The translations under genes and the position numbers were made by a program. From positions 53,624-117,623 of the forward strand of contig JBBILD010000012.1 of the NCBI GenBank assembly GCA_037445065.1: a stretch of DNA of 64,000 nucleotides, written 5' to 3'. The notes beneath the pieces are model-generated. The model was given only the letters and a program-made list of their open reading frames with translations, ran no database searches and was not told the origin of the DNA. Shown piece after piece: positions 20,198 to 30,006 of this stretch. The DNA comes from Myxococcales bacterium (GTDB taxonomy: Bacteria > Desulfobacterota > Binatia > HRBIN30). How positions within the stretch are numbered: the stretch's first letter is position 1; each line of letters begins with the position of its first letter.

Positions 20198-20959
20198 TCA
20201 GTTGGCACGCGCGCGCAGGGTGAGGTGGTGGACGCTTGCCGGGTCACGCTGTGCCAGTTGAAAAACGACCGCCTGTGCCGCAGCGTCGGCTTGCAACATC
20301 CCGCTACTGCGGCGCAACAAACCCAAGGTTTCCCAGCGGGCCACCGCTTCCTTCATCACGGAAGGATCGAAGTTCGCGGCAAACCCAGTACCGCCAATGT
20401 TGTGCACCTCGAGCGTCATCACCCGGATCCCGTGCTCTGCAACCTCCGCGCGCAGCCCCTGCGAGAGGGCGTGCACCGCAGCTTTGGTGGCCGCGTACAC
20501 AGAGAGATACGGCCAAGCTTCGTAAGCCGCTGCCGAGGTGACGTTCAAAATGTCCCCGCTGCCACGCGGCAGCATGTGGCGGAGGGCGGCGCGGCAAGCG
20601 AACAGGACACCGAGGAGATTGGTCTCCACCATCGCCCGCCATTCCTCGGTTCGACCGTCAGCCACTGTGCGCACGTACCCCACGGCGGCGTTGTTCACCA
20701 GTGCATCCACGCGCCCGTAGCCCTCCACAGCGGTTGTCATCAGATGCTCGACACTTTGCTCGTCACGCAAGTCGAGGCGCACGGCGGTCGCCTCGCCCCC
20801 GCCGGCACGAATCTGTTCGCAAACTCCCCGTAACAGTTCCTCGCGCCGCGCACCGAGTACCACGCGCCCGCCCGCTTGCGCCACCGCCCGCGCGGCTGCA
20901 GCGCCAATGCCAGTGGAGGCACCGGTGATCACGACCACCTTGTCCCTGAGCGGCTGCAT
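20198..20959 (-). CDS. Short-chain dehydrogenase/reductase
   Basis: TGASTGIG, VNNAA and YAATK. Confidence 0.92.
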   Translation of the reverse strand: MQPLRDKVVVITGASTGIGAAAARAVAQAGGRVVLGARREELLRGVCEQIRAGGGEATAVRLDLRDEQSVEHLMTTAVEGYGRVDALVNNAAVGYVRTVADGRTEEWRAMVETNLLGVLFACRAALRHMLPRGSGDILNVTSAAAYEAWPYLSVYAATKAAVHALSQGLRAEVAEHGIRVMTLEVHNIGGTGFAANFDPSVMKEAVARWETLGLLRRSSGMLQADAAAQAVVFQLAQRDPASVHHLTLRARAN

Positions 20960-21088
20960 GAAGGCGCCCATACTGGCTCGAAGGGCAGCGGGTCAAGCGC
21001 TTTGCCCCCACCGCGCCCTCCCGCATCCGGGCCACTCCAGGTCTTTGCCTTCCCGTGTCCGCGCACCTTCGGTATGGTGTGCCGCCCA

Positions 21089-22246
21089 ATGGAGTTGCGA
21101 ATCGCGGTAGCGGCAGTGCTCGTTATGGCGAGCAGCCTCTTTGCAGGCCCCGCGCGCGGTTGCGCGGGCGATTGCAATGGCGACGGAGAGGTAACCGTTG
21201 ACGAAATCGTTCGTGCGGTGGCCATTGCACTGGGCAGCGTTCCGGTCGAATCGTGCCTGGCTGCTGACGGCAATGGCGATGTGGAAATTACCGTGGATGA
21301 GATTGTTGCGGGCGTAAACGCGGCGCTGCGCGGGTGTGCTACCTCCTCTCCCACGCCGGGCCGCTCGCCCACTGCGAGCGCCACACCGTCCGCCTCGCCC
21401 ACACCGCGCCCGAACCGGGCTCCTCGACTCGAACTCCCGTATTGGTACCGCGCCTACGCTGGCTTCGAGATCGCCTATGCGGTGCGTGTCGTGGACCCGG
21501 ACGGCGACCAGGTGCATTGCACGATCTCCGACCTCCCGCACGCCGCGCAGTGGAGCGACGAGGAGAAACTGTTCCGCTGGCTACCCCGGGAAGCCGATGT
21601 GGGCACATACACGCTGCCCGTCCGCTGTGAAGACAGCGGAAGCCCACCGCTTGCCACCGAGGCGGTACTGGGCCTCACCGTGGATGCGGTGGACTCGTGC
21701 AGCGAGCCCGCTTGCGACGCCGCGGTTGGTTGCTCGCGCCTACTCGCTTCGGTAGCGGCTCCTTGCTGCGGCGCCGCGCAACCACCGCGGTCTCTGCCCC
21801 CGCCGTTGCCCTGCCCAGCTGGGCGAGAACTGTGGGTCAGCGAAGACATTGATGCCGGCTTCCGTGTGCTCCAGGACTGCGACCTCAAGTACTTGCAGAA
21901 CAACCTCCAGCAAAGCGCGCAACTCCGTCTCAAGTTGGGCGGCCGTTGCTTTAGCCTCGACGACCGCATCCGCGTGCGCGTGCGCCTGGAGACCGCCACT
22001 CGTGGCCTCAACGGCACCGAGCCCGCAGTGAACGATGAGTACCTGGTTCGTTTCTCATCAGCCGAGGATGAGCGAGTCTTCTCGGGGCCGATTGCGTTCA
22101 GCATTCGAGGGGCCCGGCCCTATTTCGACTTGCAAGATGCGGAGGCCAACCTCACCGTGCAGGTTCGCGATGCGCTCAACAACACCGCTGCCGAATCACT
22201 GCGCTTGCGCCTCACGTTTACGCCGATCCCGACCCCGGGCCCGTGA
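21089..22246 (+). CDS. Secreted protein with dockerin-like module, PT linker, He_PIG/Ig-like domain and Cys-rich C-terminal region
   Basis: Signal peptide, CAGDCNGDGEVTVDEIVRAVAIALG...DGNGDVEITVDEI and NRAP...DPDGD...FRWLP. Confidence 0.75.
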   Translation: MELRIAVAAVLVMASSLFAGPARGCAGDCNGDGEVTVDEIVRAVAIALGSVPVESCLAADGNGDVEITVDEIVAGVNAALRGCATSSPTPGRSPTASATPSASPTPRPNRAPRLELPYWYRAYAGFEIAYAVRVVDPDGDQVHCTISDLPHAAQWSDEEKLFRWLPREADVGTYTLPVRCEDSGSPPLATEAVLGLTVDAVDSCSEPACDAAVGCSRLLASVAAPCCGAAQPPRSLPPPLPCPAGRELWVSEDIDAGFRVLQDCDLKYLQNNLQQSAQLRLKLGGRCFSLDDRIRVRVRLETATRGLNGTEPAVNDEYLVRFSSAEDERVFSGPIAFSIRGARPYFDLQDAEANLTVQVRDALNNTAAESLRLRLTFTPIPTPGP

Positions 22247-22255
22247 CTGCAGCCC

Positions 22256-24109
22256 TTATTGGTCGTCGGCACTGGGAAGCTCGCCCCCGAGGCAGCGTGC
22301 GACCTCCATGACCCTACCGTCGCGCACCGCCTGGTACTTCTCCCAAAAAAGCGTGTCAATTTTCTTGAGGGCCGCTTTGGTATTCGCCCGCCGGTAGCGG
22401 GCCAGGTGGCCGGGGCCGCCGTTGTACACGGCGTAGGTGGCGCGTGCCAAGTTATCGAGTCCGCCCGGTTGTTTGTGCTCGCCGCGTGCCAGGGCAAAGT
22501 CGAGCAAGTAGTGGCGCGCGATTTCCGCGCCAGCACGGCCGTTGTAACGGATGTCCCAGCGGATCCCGCGCAGATCGTACACACCCCGCCACACGCGTTC
22601 GTTTACTTGCATGAGTCCGGACGAACCCACCGCGGAGCGGATGTACGTGATCTGTCCGCCGCTTTGCACGAATTGGCGCCAGCAGCTCTCCTGCCAGGCG
22701 GTGGCAAAGACGATGTTGCGGTAAACCACTTGGATCTCCTCCTCCATCCCGCCCAAGCGCAACGCCTCGCTCGCTACCTCGTCGAGCAAGGCGCGCACTC
22801 GTGGCAAGTACGTCGAAAGGTTGTCTCGGGTCGCGAGCCACTGTGCCAACACCTGCTGAGAGGGCGCATCGGCGGCCCAAGCCGCGGGCAAAAGCCAGTT
22901 CCACCAACTGAGCGGCATCCCACTCAAGTCGGGCGGCGGCAGCGGCGGGCCGAAACCGAGCAGCGTGCGTAGCTCGGGGTCCACCGCAGTGTCGAAGCGA
23001 AGCGGATCGGAAGCGTCGGCCGGGGCAAGCATTCTTGCCAAGCGACGCAGTCCGTCGGCGCTGAGGTCGAGGCCGACACTCGGTCCGATCTCCTGCAACG
23101 CAGCCAAGGCATCCCCAGCTTGAATGAAACTCAAGTAGCGCAGCGCCTCTGCCCCGGGCTCCCGCGCGGCAACCTGGCGCAGGAGGGGAGCCAAGCGCTG
23201 CCAGGTTTTCACGAACAGCGCCGGAACTGGATCGGGGGCCCCCGGCTCGCTCGGTGCCAATGCTTCGACAATTTCGTAGCGGCCCTCCAGCAAAACCTCG
23301 GCAAGAGGCTGACGCAACTCGTGGATCAAGGAATCGGCCCAAACGAATTTGATCGTGTACGTGAGAAAGGCATCCCAGCGATCGACTGCCTCTTGCCAGC
23401 GAGCCAGCTCCTCTGGGGTGAGAGTCGGCTCCGCCACCGGAGTCGGGCGATCGAGCAGGGGTACGGTGACGGCAAGGGCGGCATCCACCCCTTGGGCTGT
23501 CACACTGGCGCGCGCAAACCGCAAACTGCTCAGCATCCGCTCGATCGCACTGCGCTCGTGCGCGGGCAAGAAAAGGGGCAAGACCTGCCGCAGCTCCTCT
23601 GCCGACTTCCGCAAATCAATTTCCACGGTCTCGAACTTCGGTTCCACTTGCTCGCGAATGACGTTCCACACACGCCCCGCGATCCAGGCGCGGCTTCCGT
23701 CTTCGTCGTACAACCCAGACTCCACCACTTCGAAACGCACCGCTTTGCCATCGGTGCGCAGCACCGGTTCTTCCAACAGCTCCAGCCATCCGTCCCACTG
23801 CACCGGCGCCAAGCAGTTGCGACCTACCAAGGTACCCACCCGTATCTCTGCACGCGTGCGCAAGCGCAGCCGGGAGGCGCGCGAATCCACGTGCGGCTCC
23901 CGCAATTTGACGAAGTTGCACCCACTGCCATCGTCCCACACCACCGCCTTGCCGGTGGCTGTCGTGTACAATTGTGCCAGCAGCGCCTCGCGCACGAAGG
24001 CGTGATCCAAGTGCAGGGGCACCTCGATCGTGCGCTCCGCTGCAGCGTACGCTTGCCCGATCGCCAGGAACACCACCAAGGCAGGGACGAGCCTGCCGAG
24101 CCGGCTCAT
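22256..24109 (-). CDS. Secreted protein with C-terminal lytic transglycosylase (SLT) domain
   Basis: Signal peptide at ATG 24109; SLT motifs AWQES, GLMQV and YNGGPG. Confidence 0.82.
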   Translation of the reverse strand: MSRLGRLVPALVVFLAIGQAYAAAERTIEVPLHLDHAFVREALLAQLYTTATGKAVVWDDGSGCNFVKLREPHVDSRASRLRLRTRAEIRVGTLVGRNCLAPVQWDGWLELLEEPVLRTDGKAVRFEVVESGLYDEDGSRAWIAGRVWNVIREQVEPKFETVEIDLRKSAEELRQVLPLFLPAHERSAIERMLSSLRFARASVTAQGVDAALAVTVPLLDRPTPVAEPTLTPEELARWQEAVDRWDAFLTYTIKFVWADSLIHELRQPLAEVLLEGRYEIVEALAPSEPGAPDPVPALFVKTWQRLAPLLRQVAAREPGAEALRYLSFIQAGDALAALQEIGPSVGLDLSADGLRRLARMLAPADASDPLRFDTAVDPELRTLLGFGPPLPPPDLSGMPLSWWNWLLPAAWAADAPSQQVLAQWLATRDNLSTYLPRVRALLDEVASEALRLGGMEEEIQVVYRNIVFATAWQESCWRQFVQSGGQITYIRSAVGSSGLMQVNERVWRGVYDLRGIRWDIRYNGRAGAEIARHYLLDFALARGEHKQPGGLDNLARATYAVYNGGPGHLARYRRANTKAALKKIDTLFWEKYQAVRDGRVMEVARCLGGELPSADDQ

Positions 24110-24215
24110 ATGTGGGCGCCAAGGTAACCAAGCCGCGCCTGTGGCGATAGGCTTGCACCGCGTGTGGCAAATTGAGAGAGTACGGGTCCGACTTCGATCC
24201 ATAGAGGAGAGTTCC

Positions 24216-25403
24216 ATGCGTGAAGCAGCAATCGTAGCAGTGGCTCGCACCGGCTTGGCCAAGTCGTTTCGTGGCTCGTTCAACAAGACCCGGCCCGACG
24301 ACATGGCTGCGCATTGCGTGCGCGAGGCACTCAAGAAGGTGCCGCAAATTGACGCGAAAGAGATTGACGATGTGGTGATGGGCACCGGTTTCCCCGAGGG
24401 ACCGCAAGGGTTCAATGTGGGGCGCAATGTGGCGGTCATGGCGGGTCTGCCGGTGGACGTGCCGGGCTGCACGGTGAGCCGCTTTTGTTCCTCTGGGCTA
24501 AACGCAGTGATGGTGGCGGCCCACATGATCCAGATCGAGGGGGCCGACGTAGTGGTGGCTGGCGGGCTCGAATCAATCACCATGCTGCAAAACGACTTCA
24601 ACAAGAAAGACCTTTTCAATCCCTGGCTGCTGGATCACAAGCGAGAGATTTACATGCCCATGGGGCTCACCGCCGAGGTGGTGGCGGAGCGCTACAAGGT
24701 TAGCCGCGAAGCGCAGGACCTGTATGCGTTGACTTCGCAGCAACGCACGGCGGCGGCGCAAGCAGCGGGGAAGTTCAAAGACGAAATCGTGCCGATGACC
24801 GTGCAAATGGAAGTGGTGGACAAAGCCACCGGCGAGCGATCCATGAAGACGGTGACGGTCGACCGCGACGAGTGCAACCGGCCTGACACCACCCTAGAGG
24901 GTCTGGCGAAGTTGCCGCCGGCCTTCAAAGAGGGCGGTACGGTCACGGCTGGCAACGCCTCGCAATTCGCCGATGGGGCAGCGGTGGTGGTGATGACATC
25001 GCTCGAGCGGGCGAAGGCGCTCGGGATCGAGCCGCTCGGCTTCTTCCGCGGCTGTGTGTACGCTGGCTGCGAGCCGGACGAGATGGGCATCGGGCCAGTG
25101 TTTGCCGTGCCGAAGCTCCTCAAGCGTCACGGCAAGAAGCTCGACGACATTGACATCATCGAGTTGAACGAGGCGTTCGCCTCGCAAGTCGTGTACTGCC
25201 GCGATCGCTTGGGGATCGATCCGAACAAGCTGAACCCAAATGGCGGGGCGATTTCCATCGGCCACCCGTACGGCATGACGGGGGCGCGCCTGGCCGGGCA
25301 TATCTTGCTCGAGCTGCGTCGCCAGAAGAAGCGCTGGGGCATCGTGACCATGTGCATCGGTGGCGGCATGGGCGCAGCCGGCCTGTTCGAAGCGAACGTC
25401 TAA
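24216..25403 (+). CDS. Acetyl-CoA C-acyltransferase (thiolase)
   Basis: RFCSSG, NEAFA, GGAISIGHPYG and MCIGGGMG; GAGGAG RBS. Confidence 0.96.
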   Translation: MREAAIVAVARTGLAKSFRGSFNKTRPDDMAAHCVREALKKVPQIDAKEIDDVVMGTGFPEGPQGFNVGRNVAVMAGLPVDVPGCTVSRFCSSGLNAVMVAAHMIQIEGADVVVAGGLESITMLQNDFNKKDLFNPWLLDHKREIYMPMGLTAEVVAERYKVSREAQDLYALTSQQRTAAAQAAGKFKDEIVPMTVQMEVVDKATGERSMKTVTVDRDECNRPDTTLEGLAKLPPAFKEGGTVTAGNASQFADGAAVVVMTSLERAKALGIEPLGFFRGCVYAGCEPDEMGIGPVFAVPKLLKRHGKKLDDIDIIELNEAFASQVVYCRDRLGIDPNKLNPNGGAISIGHPYGMTGARLAGHILLELRRQKKRWGIVTMCIGGGMGAAGLFEANV

Positions 25404-25420
25404 GCTCGCGCTCGAGGAAC

Positions 25421-25446
25421 GGGGGGCCGCTATACGGCGGTTCCCC
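25421..25446. terminator. GC-rich hairpin between convergent genes
   Basis: GGGGGGCCGC-N6-GCGGTTCCCC just after the thiolase stop; no U-tract. Confidence 0.35.
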
Positions 25447-25454
25447 CGGTGCTC

Positions 25455-25967
25455 TCAACTTGCCGCCTCGTCTACCAGACGGTGGTAGCGGCCGCGGTAA
25501 TACAGCAGCGGCCGGCTCGCTGTCGCAGCGCCACCGTCGTCTGCCGCGCACGCCGCATCCACGACCTCACCGATAAAAATGGTGTGGTCCCCCGCCTCGA
25601 CGATGTTCTGCAGGCGGCACTCGACGTAAGCCAGGGTGCCCGCCAGCAACGGCGCACCGGTGACACCCTTGCGATACGCAACGCCGGCGAACTTGTCTCC
25701 TCCGGAGACCGCAAAGCGCCGCGACTGTTCTTCTTGCCCCTCAGCAAGGAAATTCACCGCGAACACCTTAGAAGTGGCGACGTGTGGGTGTGTCTCGGAC
25801 TTGCGGTCTACGCACACCAGCACCAGCCGCGGTTCCAGCGACACCGACGTAAAAGCCGTCGCCGTGAGGCCGTAAGGCCTTCCCTCCGAGTCGGTCGTAG
25901 TGACCACCGTTACCCCGGCCGCAAAGTGACCGAGAACGCGCCGAAACGTCTCGCTGCTTACGGGCAC
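25455..25967 (-). CDS. Flavin reductase family protein (HpaC/DIM6 type)
   Basis: FRRVLGHFAAGVTVVTT, FTSVSLEP, GDHTIFIGEV and PLLY; GGAGG before GTG 25967. Confidence 0.92.
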   Translation of the reverse strand: MPVSSETFRRVLGHFAAGVTVVTTTDSEGRPYGLTATAFTSVSLEPRLVLVCVDRKSETHPHVATSKVFAVNFLAEGQEEQSRRFAVSGGDKFAGVAYRKGVTGAPLLAGTLAYVECRLQNIVEAGDHTIFIGEVVDAACAADDGGAATASRPLLYYRGRYHRLVDEAAS

Positions 25968-25989
25968 GACCTCCCTCCACTCACTGCTT

Positions 25990-26385
25990 TCACCCATGGA
26001 ACGCCAGCAGGCCGAGTAGAACGGCAGCGAAATACGTCGCCACGACCGCGGCACCCGCGTAGTCTTTGGCCAGGCGCTGGCCGAAGAGCAGGCACAAGAG
26101 AGCCACGCCGCTGAGCACCAGTCCCCACCCAGCCAGGCGTAACCCGGGGGAACGAAAATCGAAGGTGATGATTCCCAAAGCGCACATGCTGCCCGCAAGC
26201 AGCTCGATCACAGTCAGGGCAGTCAGCAGCCCGGGAACGAAGGGCGCGAGCGGAGAATTCCGGAAGTGCTCTTCCAGGTACGCCCGGTTCCCGTCGCGAT
26301 CCACCACTTTGTCCAGCCCTGACTGTAAAAAGGTGATGGCAAAAAACGCCGTCGCCAAAAACCGAATCACCAAGGCCGCGTCCAT
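25990..26385 (-). CDS. DoxX family membrane protein
   Basis: FLQSGLDK, ELLAG and FGQRLAKDYAGA; four hydrophobic segments. Confidence 0.8.
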   Translation of the reverse strand: MDAALVIRFLATAFFAITFLQSGLDKVVDRDGNRAYLEEHFRNSPLAPFVPGLLTALTVIELLAGSMCALGIITFDFRSPGLRLAGWGLVLSGVALLCLLFGQRLAKDYAGAAVVATYFAAVLLGLLAFHG

Positions 26386-26483
26386 CGTTCCTCCCTGTGG
26401 CGCGCAGGCTTACGGCACTTTGCCCGGTGGCGCAAGGGGCGCTCCGCGGGACGGCTTCGTGCACCTACACCTTGCAAAAGGTG

Positions 26484-28070
26484 TTACGGGACCTCGACCG
26501 TCAGCGTTTCTGAAGAATCGTTCCAAAAGACGAGCTGGTAGGTGCGGGCATGCCCTGACGGCACCCGCCAGGTCGCAGCGAGTTCTCCGTCGCCGGGCCA
26601 GTCGTCAGCCCCTTGCCCTTGGTCATCGAGTGTGAATGTGCCCGCGTCTTGCACGCTCGGGCGCACCTGCCAGACCTGAACGCGGAGAGGTCCGTTGCTC
26701 GCCGCGCAGGTGACATCCAGAGCGCGCACCGGCAGGACCGTTCCCGGCTCAGCGGTAACGACATCTACGCTCGGCTCGAGGCGACGCCGCACGCGCTGCC
26801 CGCTGCAGGTCAACGAACCATTGCCAGTCGCGCCTGCGGCGAGCACGGCCCGCCCGGTGATGGTAGCCGGCGCGAGGGATGGACGCGGCAGTCCTCCTGC
26901 CAGCAGTAAGTTGCGCAGTGCGATCCACCCGCGGCTTGCATCTTGTGCGGCCAACATGGCGAGCACGGCGGTGGCGTGGGGCGCGGCAAACGAGGTCCCG
27001 CCGGGCATAACGGTTTTCCCCCCGCCAGTCGTGAGCACCGGAATGCGTTGGCCCGGGGCAGCAATGTGGACACTCCGCTTGCCCTTCCGACCCATCACGT
27101 TTCCGTACGGATCCATGCCGGTGACCGCGATCACGTTGGAGCGCGGCAGAGAAGCGGGATACCACGGGCAACCTTGTGGCGCATCATTGTCCTGGTTGGC
27201 GTTGCCCGCCGCCACGACCAGCAACATCCCGCGTTCGCGCAAGCGCTGTACCTCGAAATCCAACTCGCAACTGCAGCAGGGCCCTCCAAAGGACAGATTC
27301 GCCGCCACCACTCGGATGCCCTGCTGCTGAAGCTCGCCGAGCCAGGCCAGGCAAGCGAGGAGGGCGGCATGGCTCGCAAAGGCAGAGCCCGCCATCTTGC
27401 AGGGGACGATGGTGGCGCCCGCCATGGCGCCGTCAATTCCGTAGGGCACAGTGTCGTCGTTGCCGATCAGGGCCGCCACAATGCTGCCCACAGCGGTGCC
27501 ATGGCTCGAGTCGGAACTCGTATCCGCATTCGGCGGAAAAGCGGTGAAGTTGACGCGTTCCGCAGCGACGCGCCCGGCAAGATCCGGGTGGCCATCGGCA
27601 AGACCCGTATCCACCACCGCCACCGCGACCGTGCGCGCATCCAGAGGCACGAGAGGCCAGCCCAACGCTTGCCATCCTGCCGGAGCGGCGATCGCCTCCA
27701 GGTTCCACGCCAAGGGCGCCTCGCCCGGAGCTTGCTGGGAGCTGTACGCGCACAGCGGCTCGAGTGCAGCGACTCCCGGCAAAGCGCGCACGGCATCTTG
27801 TTCGACCTGCCCAGCAAGCGTAAGCGTGTAGCGGTACGTGCTCCCTGAGCCCACGCGCTGGAGGTTGGACGCATGCTGCTCTACTTGCGCGAGCAGCGAA
27901 GCCGTCGGTGTGCCCGAAAGGCGCAGGATGAAGTCGCCAGGACCCTTTGCCACCGGGCGGCAGCGGAGCGGACACCGGCACGCATCGCCGGCGCTCGCAG
28001 CCCAGCACGGAGCCGCGCTCGCTGCAGCCAGCAGAGCGCCGGCCAGCCAGTGCAGCGAGTGCTTGTGCAA
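26484..28070 (-). CDS. Secreted S8 subtilisin-like serine peptidase
   Basis: Triad VAVVDTG / HGTAVGS / GTSFAAPH, oxyanion AAGN, signal peptide, propeptide and C-terminal beta domain. Start uncertain (TTG 28070 to ATG 28208). Confidence 0.9.
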   Translation of the reverse strand: MHKHSLHWLAGALLAAASAAPCWAASAGDACRCPLRCRPVAKGPGDFILRLSGTPTASLLAQVEQHASNLQRVGSGSTYRYTLTLAGQVEQDAVRALPGVAALEPLCAYSSQQAPGEAPLAWNLEAIAAPAGWQALGWPLVPLDARTVAVAVVDTGLADGHPDLAGRVAAERVNFTAFPPNADTSSDSSHGTAVGSIVAALIGNDDTVPYGIDGAMAGATIVPCKMAGSAFASHAALLACLAWLGELQQQGIRVVAANLSFGGPCCSCELDFEVQRLRERGMLLVVAAGNANQDNDAPQGCPWYPASLPRSNVIAVTGMDPYGNVMGRKGKRSVHIAAPGQRIPVLTTGGGKTVMPGGTSFAAPHATAVLAMLAAQDASRGWIALRNLLLAGGLPRPSLAPATITGRAVLAAGATGNGSLTCSGQRVRRRLEPSVDVVTAEPGTVLPVRALDVTCAASNGPLRVQVWQVRPSVQDAGTFTLDDQGQGADDWPGDGELAATWRVPSGHARTYQLVFWNDSSETLTVEVP

Positions 28071-28246
28071 CCAATCTACCCGGCCGCGCAACCGTACGGG
28101 TCTAGGCCCGTACCGCGTCGCGGGCCCCTGCGCACCTGTTGGGCCCAGCAAGCGAAAATAAAGTCGTGTGGCGAGTTGCCCGTTCATTTCTTCGCATGGT
28201 ACCTGCACCGGTAACAGCGCACCAAGTGCGGAAAGGAGAAAATCCC

Positions 28247-28924
28247 ATGCCCCTCGGAAACCTGGCTCGCCTGCTCGAGCGCCTCACCGCTTCTCCTCCC
28301 AGTAGCGGCTTGGCCAATCGCAAGGCGTTCAACGCGGACCCTACCACTTATGTCAACGGCCTGCAGGCAGCGGAACTCAAGGCCCTGCTCAGCTTCGAGA
28401 AAGCCAACATCGCGCTCGCGGTGCTCGAGCAAATCGCCCGCCCGGATCCGAGCCTGCGCAGCTCTGGAAACGACGTGCGCGACTTCATCCTTTGGCTCTA
28501 TGAGTTGTCCCGCTGGGACTTCGATCCTAGCGAGGAGAGCGAGTACGCTTTCGGCTTCACTCCGCCTGCGGCGGGTCTTCTTGCCGCATATCCGGACCCC
28601 GTTTGCGAAATTACCGCGGTGCGCATTGCCAGCCAAGGCAGCGCTGGCCCCCAGGGAACGCAGCTCGACCTCGAGATCTACGGGCAAGGGTTTTTGCCGG
28701 GGAAAAGCATTGTCACAATCGTGGCAGAAGGAAGTGGAGCAACAGTTTTCCAACAGCGCATCGAGCCTGACGCCGGGTCCACCTTCCGTGGCGCACGGAT
28801 TCAGGTGAACAAGATGACGCTGCCACAAGGCACGTACCGCGCTTCGGTCGGGATTGATCTCGGCGACGGCTCTCTGTTCCCGATCGAACGCCCAGTTGCC
28901 AACACCCGTTTCACTGTGTCGTAA
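28247..28924 (+). CDS. Hypothetical protein with RiPP-leader/LigA-like helical N-terminus and Ig-like (IPT-like) C-terminus
   Basis: Strong AAGGAG RBS; N-terminal LxRLLERL...RKAFNADP...GL...ELKALLS; C-terminal beta-rich region with LEIYGQGF and PQGTYRASV. Confidence 0.7.
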   Translation: MPLGNLARLLERLTASPPSSGLANRKAFNADPTTYVNGLQAAELKALLSFEKANIALAVLEQIARPDPSLRSSGNDVRDFILWLYELSRWDFDPSEESEYAFGFTPPAAGLLAAYPDPVCEITAVRIASQGSAGPQGTQLDLEIYGQGFLPGKSIVTIVAEGSGATVFQQRIEPDAGSTFRGARIQVNKMTLPQGTYRASVGIDLGDGSLFPIERPVANTRFTVS

Positions 28925-28941
28925 GTCGAATCGGCCGCGCC

Positions 28942-30006
28942 TTGCCTTCCGTCCAGGCCCTGCTCGAGGCGGCGCAGCCGCTCGTCGGGAAGACCTTGTT
29001 GCCGCCGGCGGCATGGGCACACGTCTGGAAAGCTGCGGCGGGGGTGCCGTCGTTTGCCGACGGAGTCGGAGTCGAGTGCCGCCTGGCAGGCGGGAAGGAG
29101 CAAGTGGATTTAGGCGTGGCACTGCACGGGCGTGGTCGCGCCCCGCGCTGCTTGCAGGAGCCAACTGTGCGCCAGGCGCTGGCCGCCTGCGCCGGGCGCG
29201 ACCCACGCTGGCAACCCATTCGTGCCTTCCTGCACGAGTGGAGCGAAAAGGGTTCGCCGTTGGCTCAGCGCGTGCCGTACGTGTTCTTGGAGTTCGACTG
29301 CGTCGGGCGCCGTACGGACGGTCCGGCCGGTATGTTCGCCGCACTGGACTGGGCGATGACCGAACTCGCCGCAGAACCCGCGGGCAACCGCCGCACGGCG
29401 GCGCTGTGCGGCGCAGCGATCAGCAGCATTGGCACACGGCTCGGCTGCAGCCTTAGCGATGCTGAGCGCAGTCTCCTGGAGCATGCAATCGGCACGCTGC
29501 CGGCTGGGGGCCTGGTCGCGAATGCTGGCCTCTTTCTGGGGCGAACGCCACGCTCGCTCCGCCTCTCTCTTCTATTGCCGCGGCGGAGCGTCCGTACCTA
29601 TTTGCACGGGCTACAATGGCCCGGGTCGGGGGAATGGATCGAGCGGCACCTAGCCAGGTACGCACCGCTCTGCGGTTTCGCCGAATCCACTGCGCGCGTG
29701 CAAACCGATTTCGACCTGCCGGCTCGAGGATGGGGCTCGGTGGGCGTTTCGCTCTACCCCCGCACGAGCACAGGATGGCCCTTCTTGCTCGCCCTCTTGG
29801 TTGCCGACGGCTCCTGCGACCCAGAAAAACTGCTCGAACTTTTTGCCTGGCCTGGTGTCACGCCAGGCAAACGCGAGCCCAAATCCACGCTTTGCCGCTA
29901 TTTGAGCCACGTCAAGCTGAGCCTCTCCCCCAGCGGGGCCCTGAGCGCCAAGGCGTACCTGGGCATCGTGCCAACCTCCCAGTCCGGCGCCGATCCGTGG
30001 CGGTAA
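28942..30006 (+). CDS. Putative ABBA-fold peptide/protein prenyltransferase (RiPP-associated type)
   Basis: Motif series GVECRL..VDL, WxxIxxFxxEW, FLEFD, RxLRL, DFDL, LVxxGxCxxEK..WPG, LSHVKL..AKAYL, recalled from prenyltransferases in lanthipeptide clusters. The ORF is well supported; the function is not verified. Confidence 0.55.
   Translation: MPSVQALLEAAQPLVGKTLLPPAAWAHVWKAAAGVPSFADGVGVECRLAGGKEQVDLGVALHGRGRAPRCLQEPTVRQALAACAGRDPRWQPIRAFLHEWSEKGSPLAQRVPYVFLEFDCVGRRTDGPAGMFAALDWAMTELAAEPAGNRRTAALCGAAISSIGTRLGCSLSDAERSLLEHAIGTLPAGGLVANAGLFLGRTPRSLRLSLLLPRRSVRTYLHGLQWPGSGEWIERHLARYAPLCGFAESTARVQTDFDLPARGWGSVGVSLYPRTSTGWPFLLALLVADGSCDPEKLLELFAWPGVTPGKREPKSTLCRYLSHVKLSLSPSGALSAKAYLGIVPTSQSGADPWR

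Noticed and set aside
24110..24619. N-terminal extensions in the ORF track (SLT protein, PQQ protein, coxC, glmU, pepF, cysC)
   Set aside because: They overlap neighbouring genes; downstream starts fit RBS, signal peptides and family length better.
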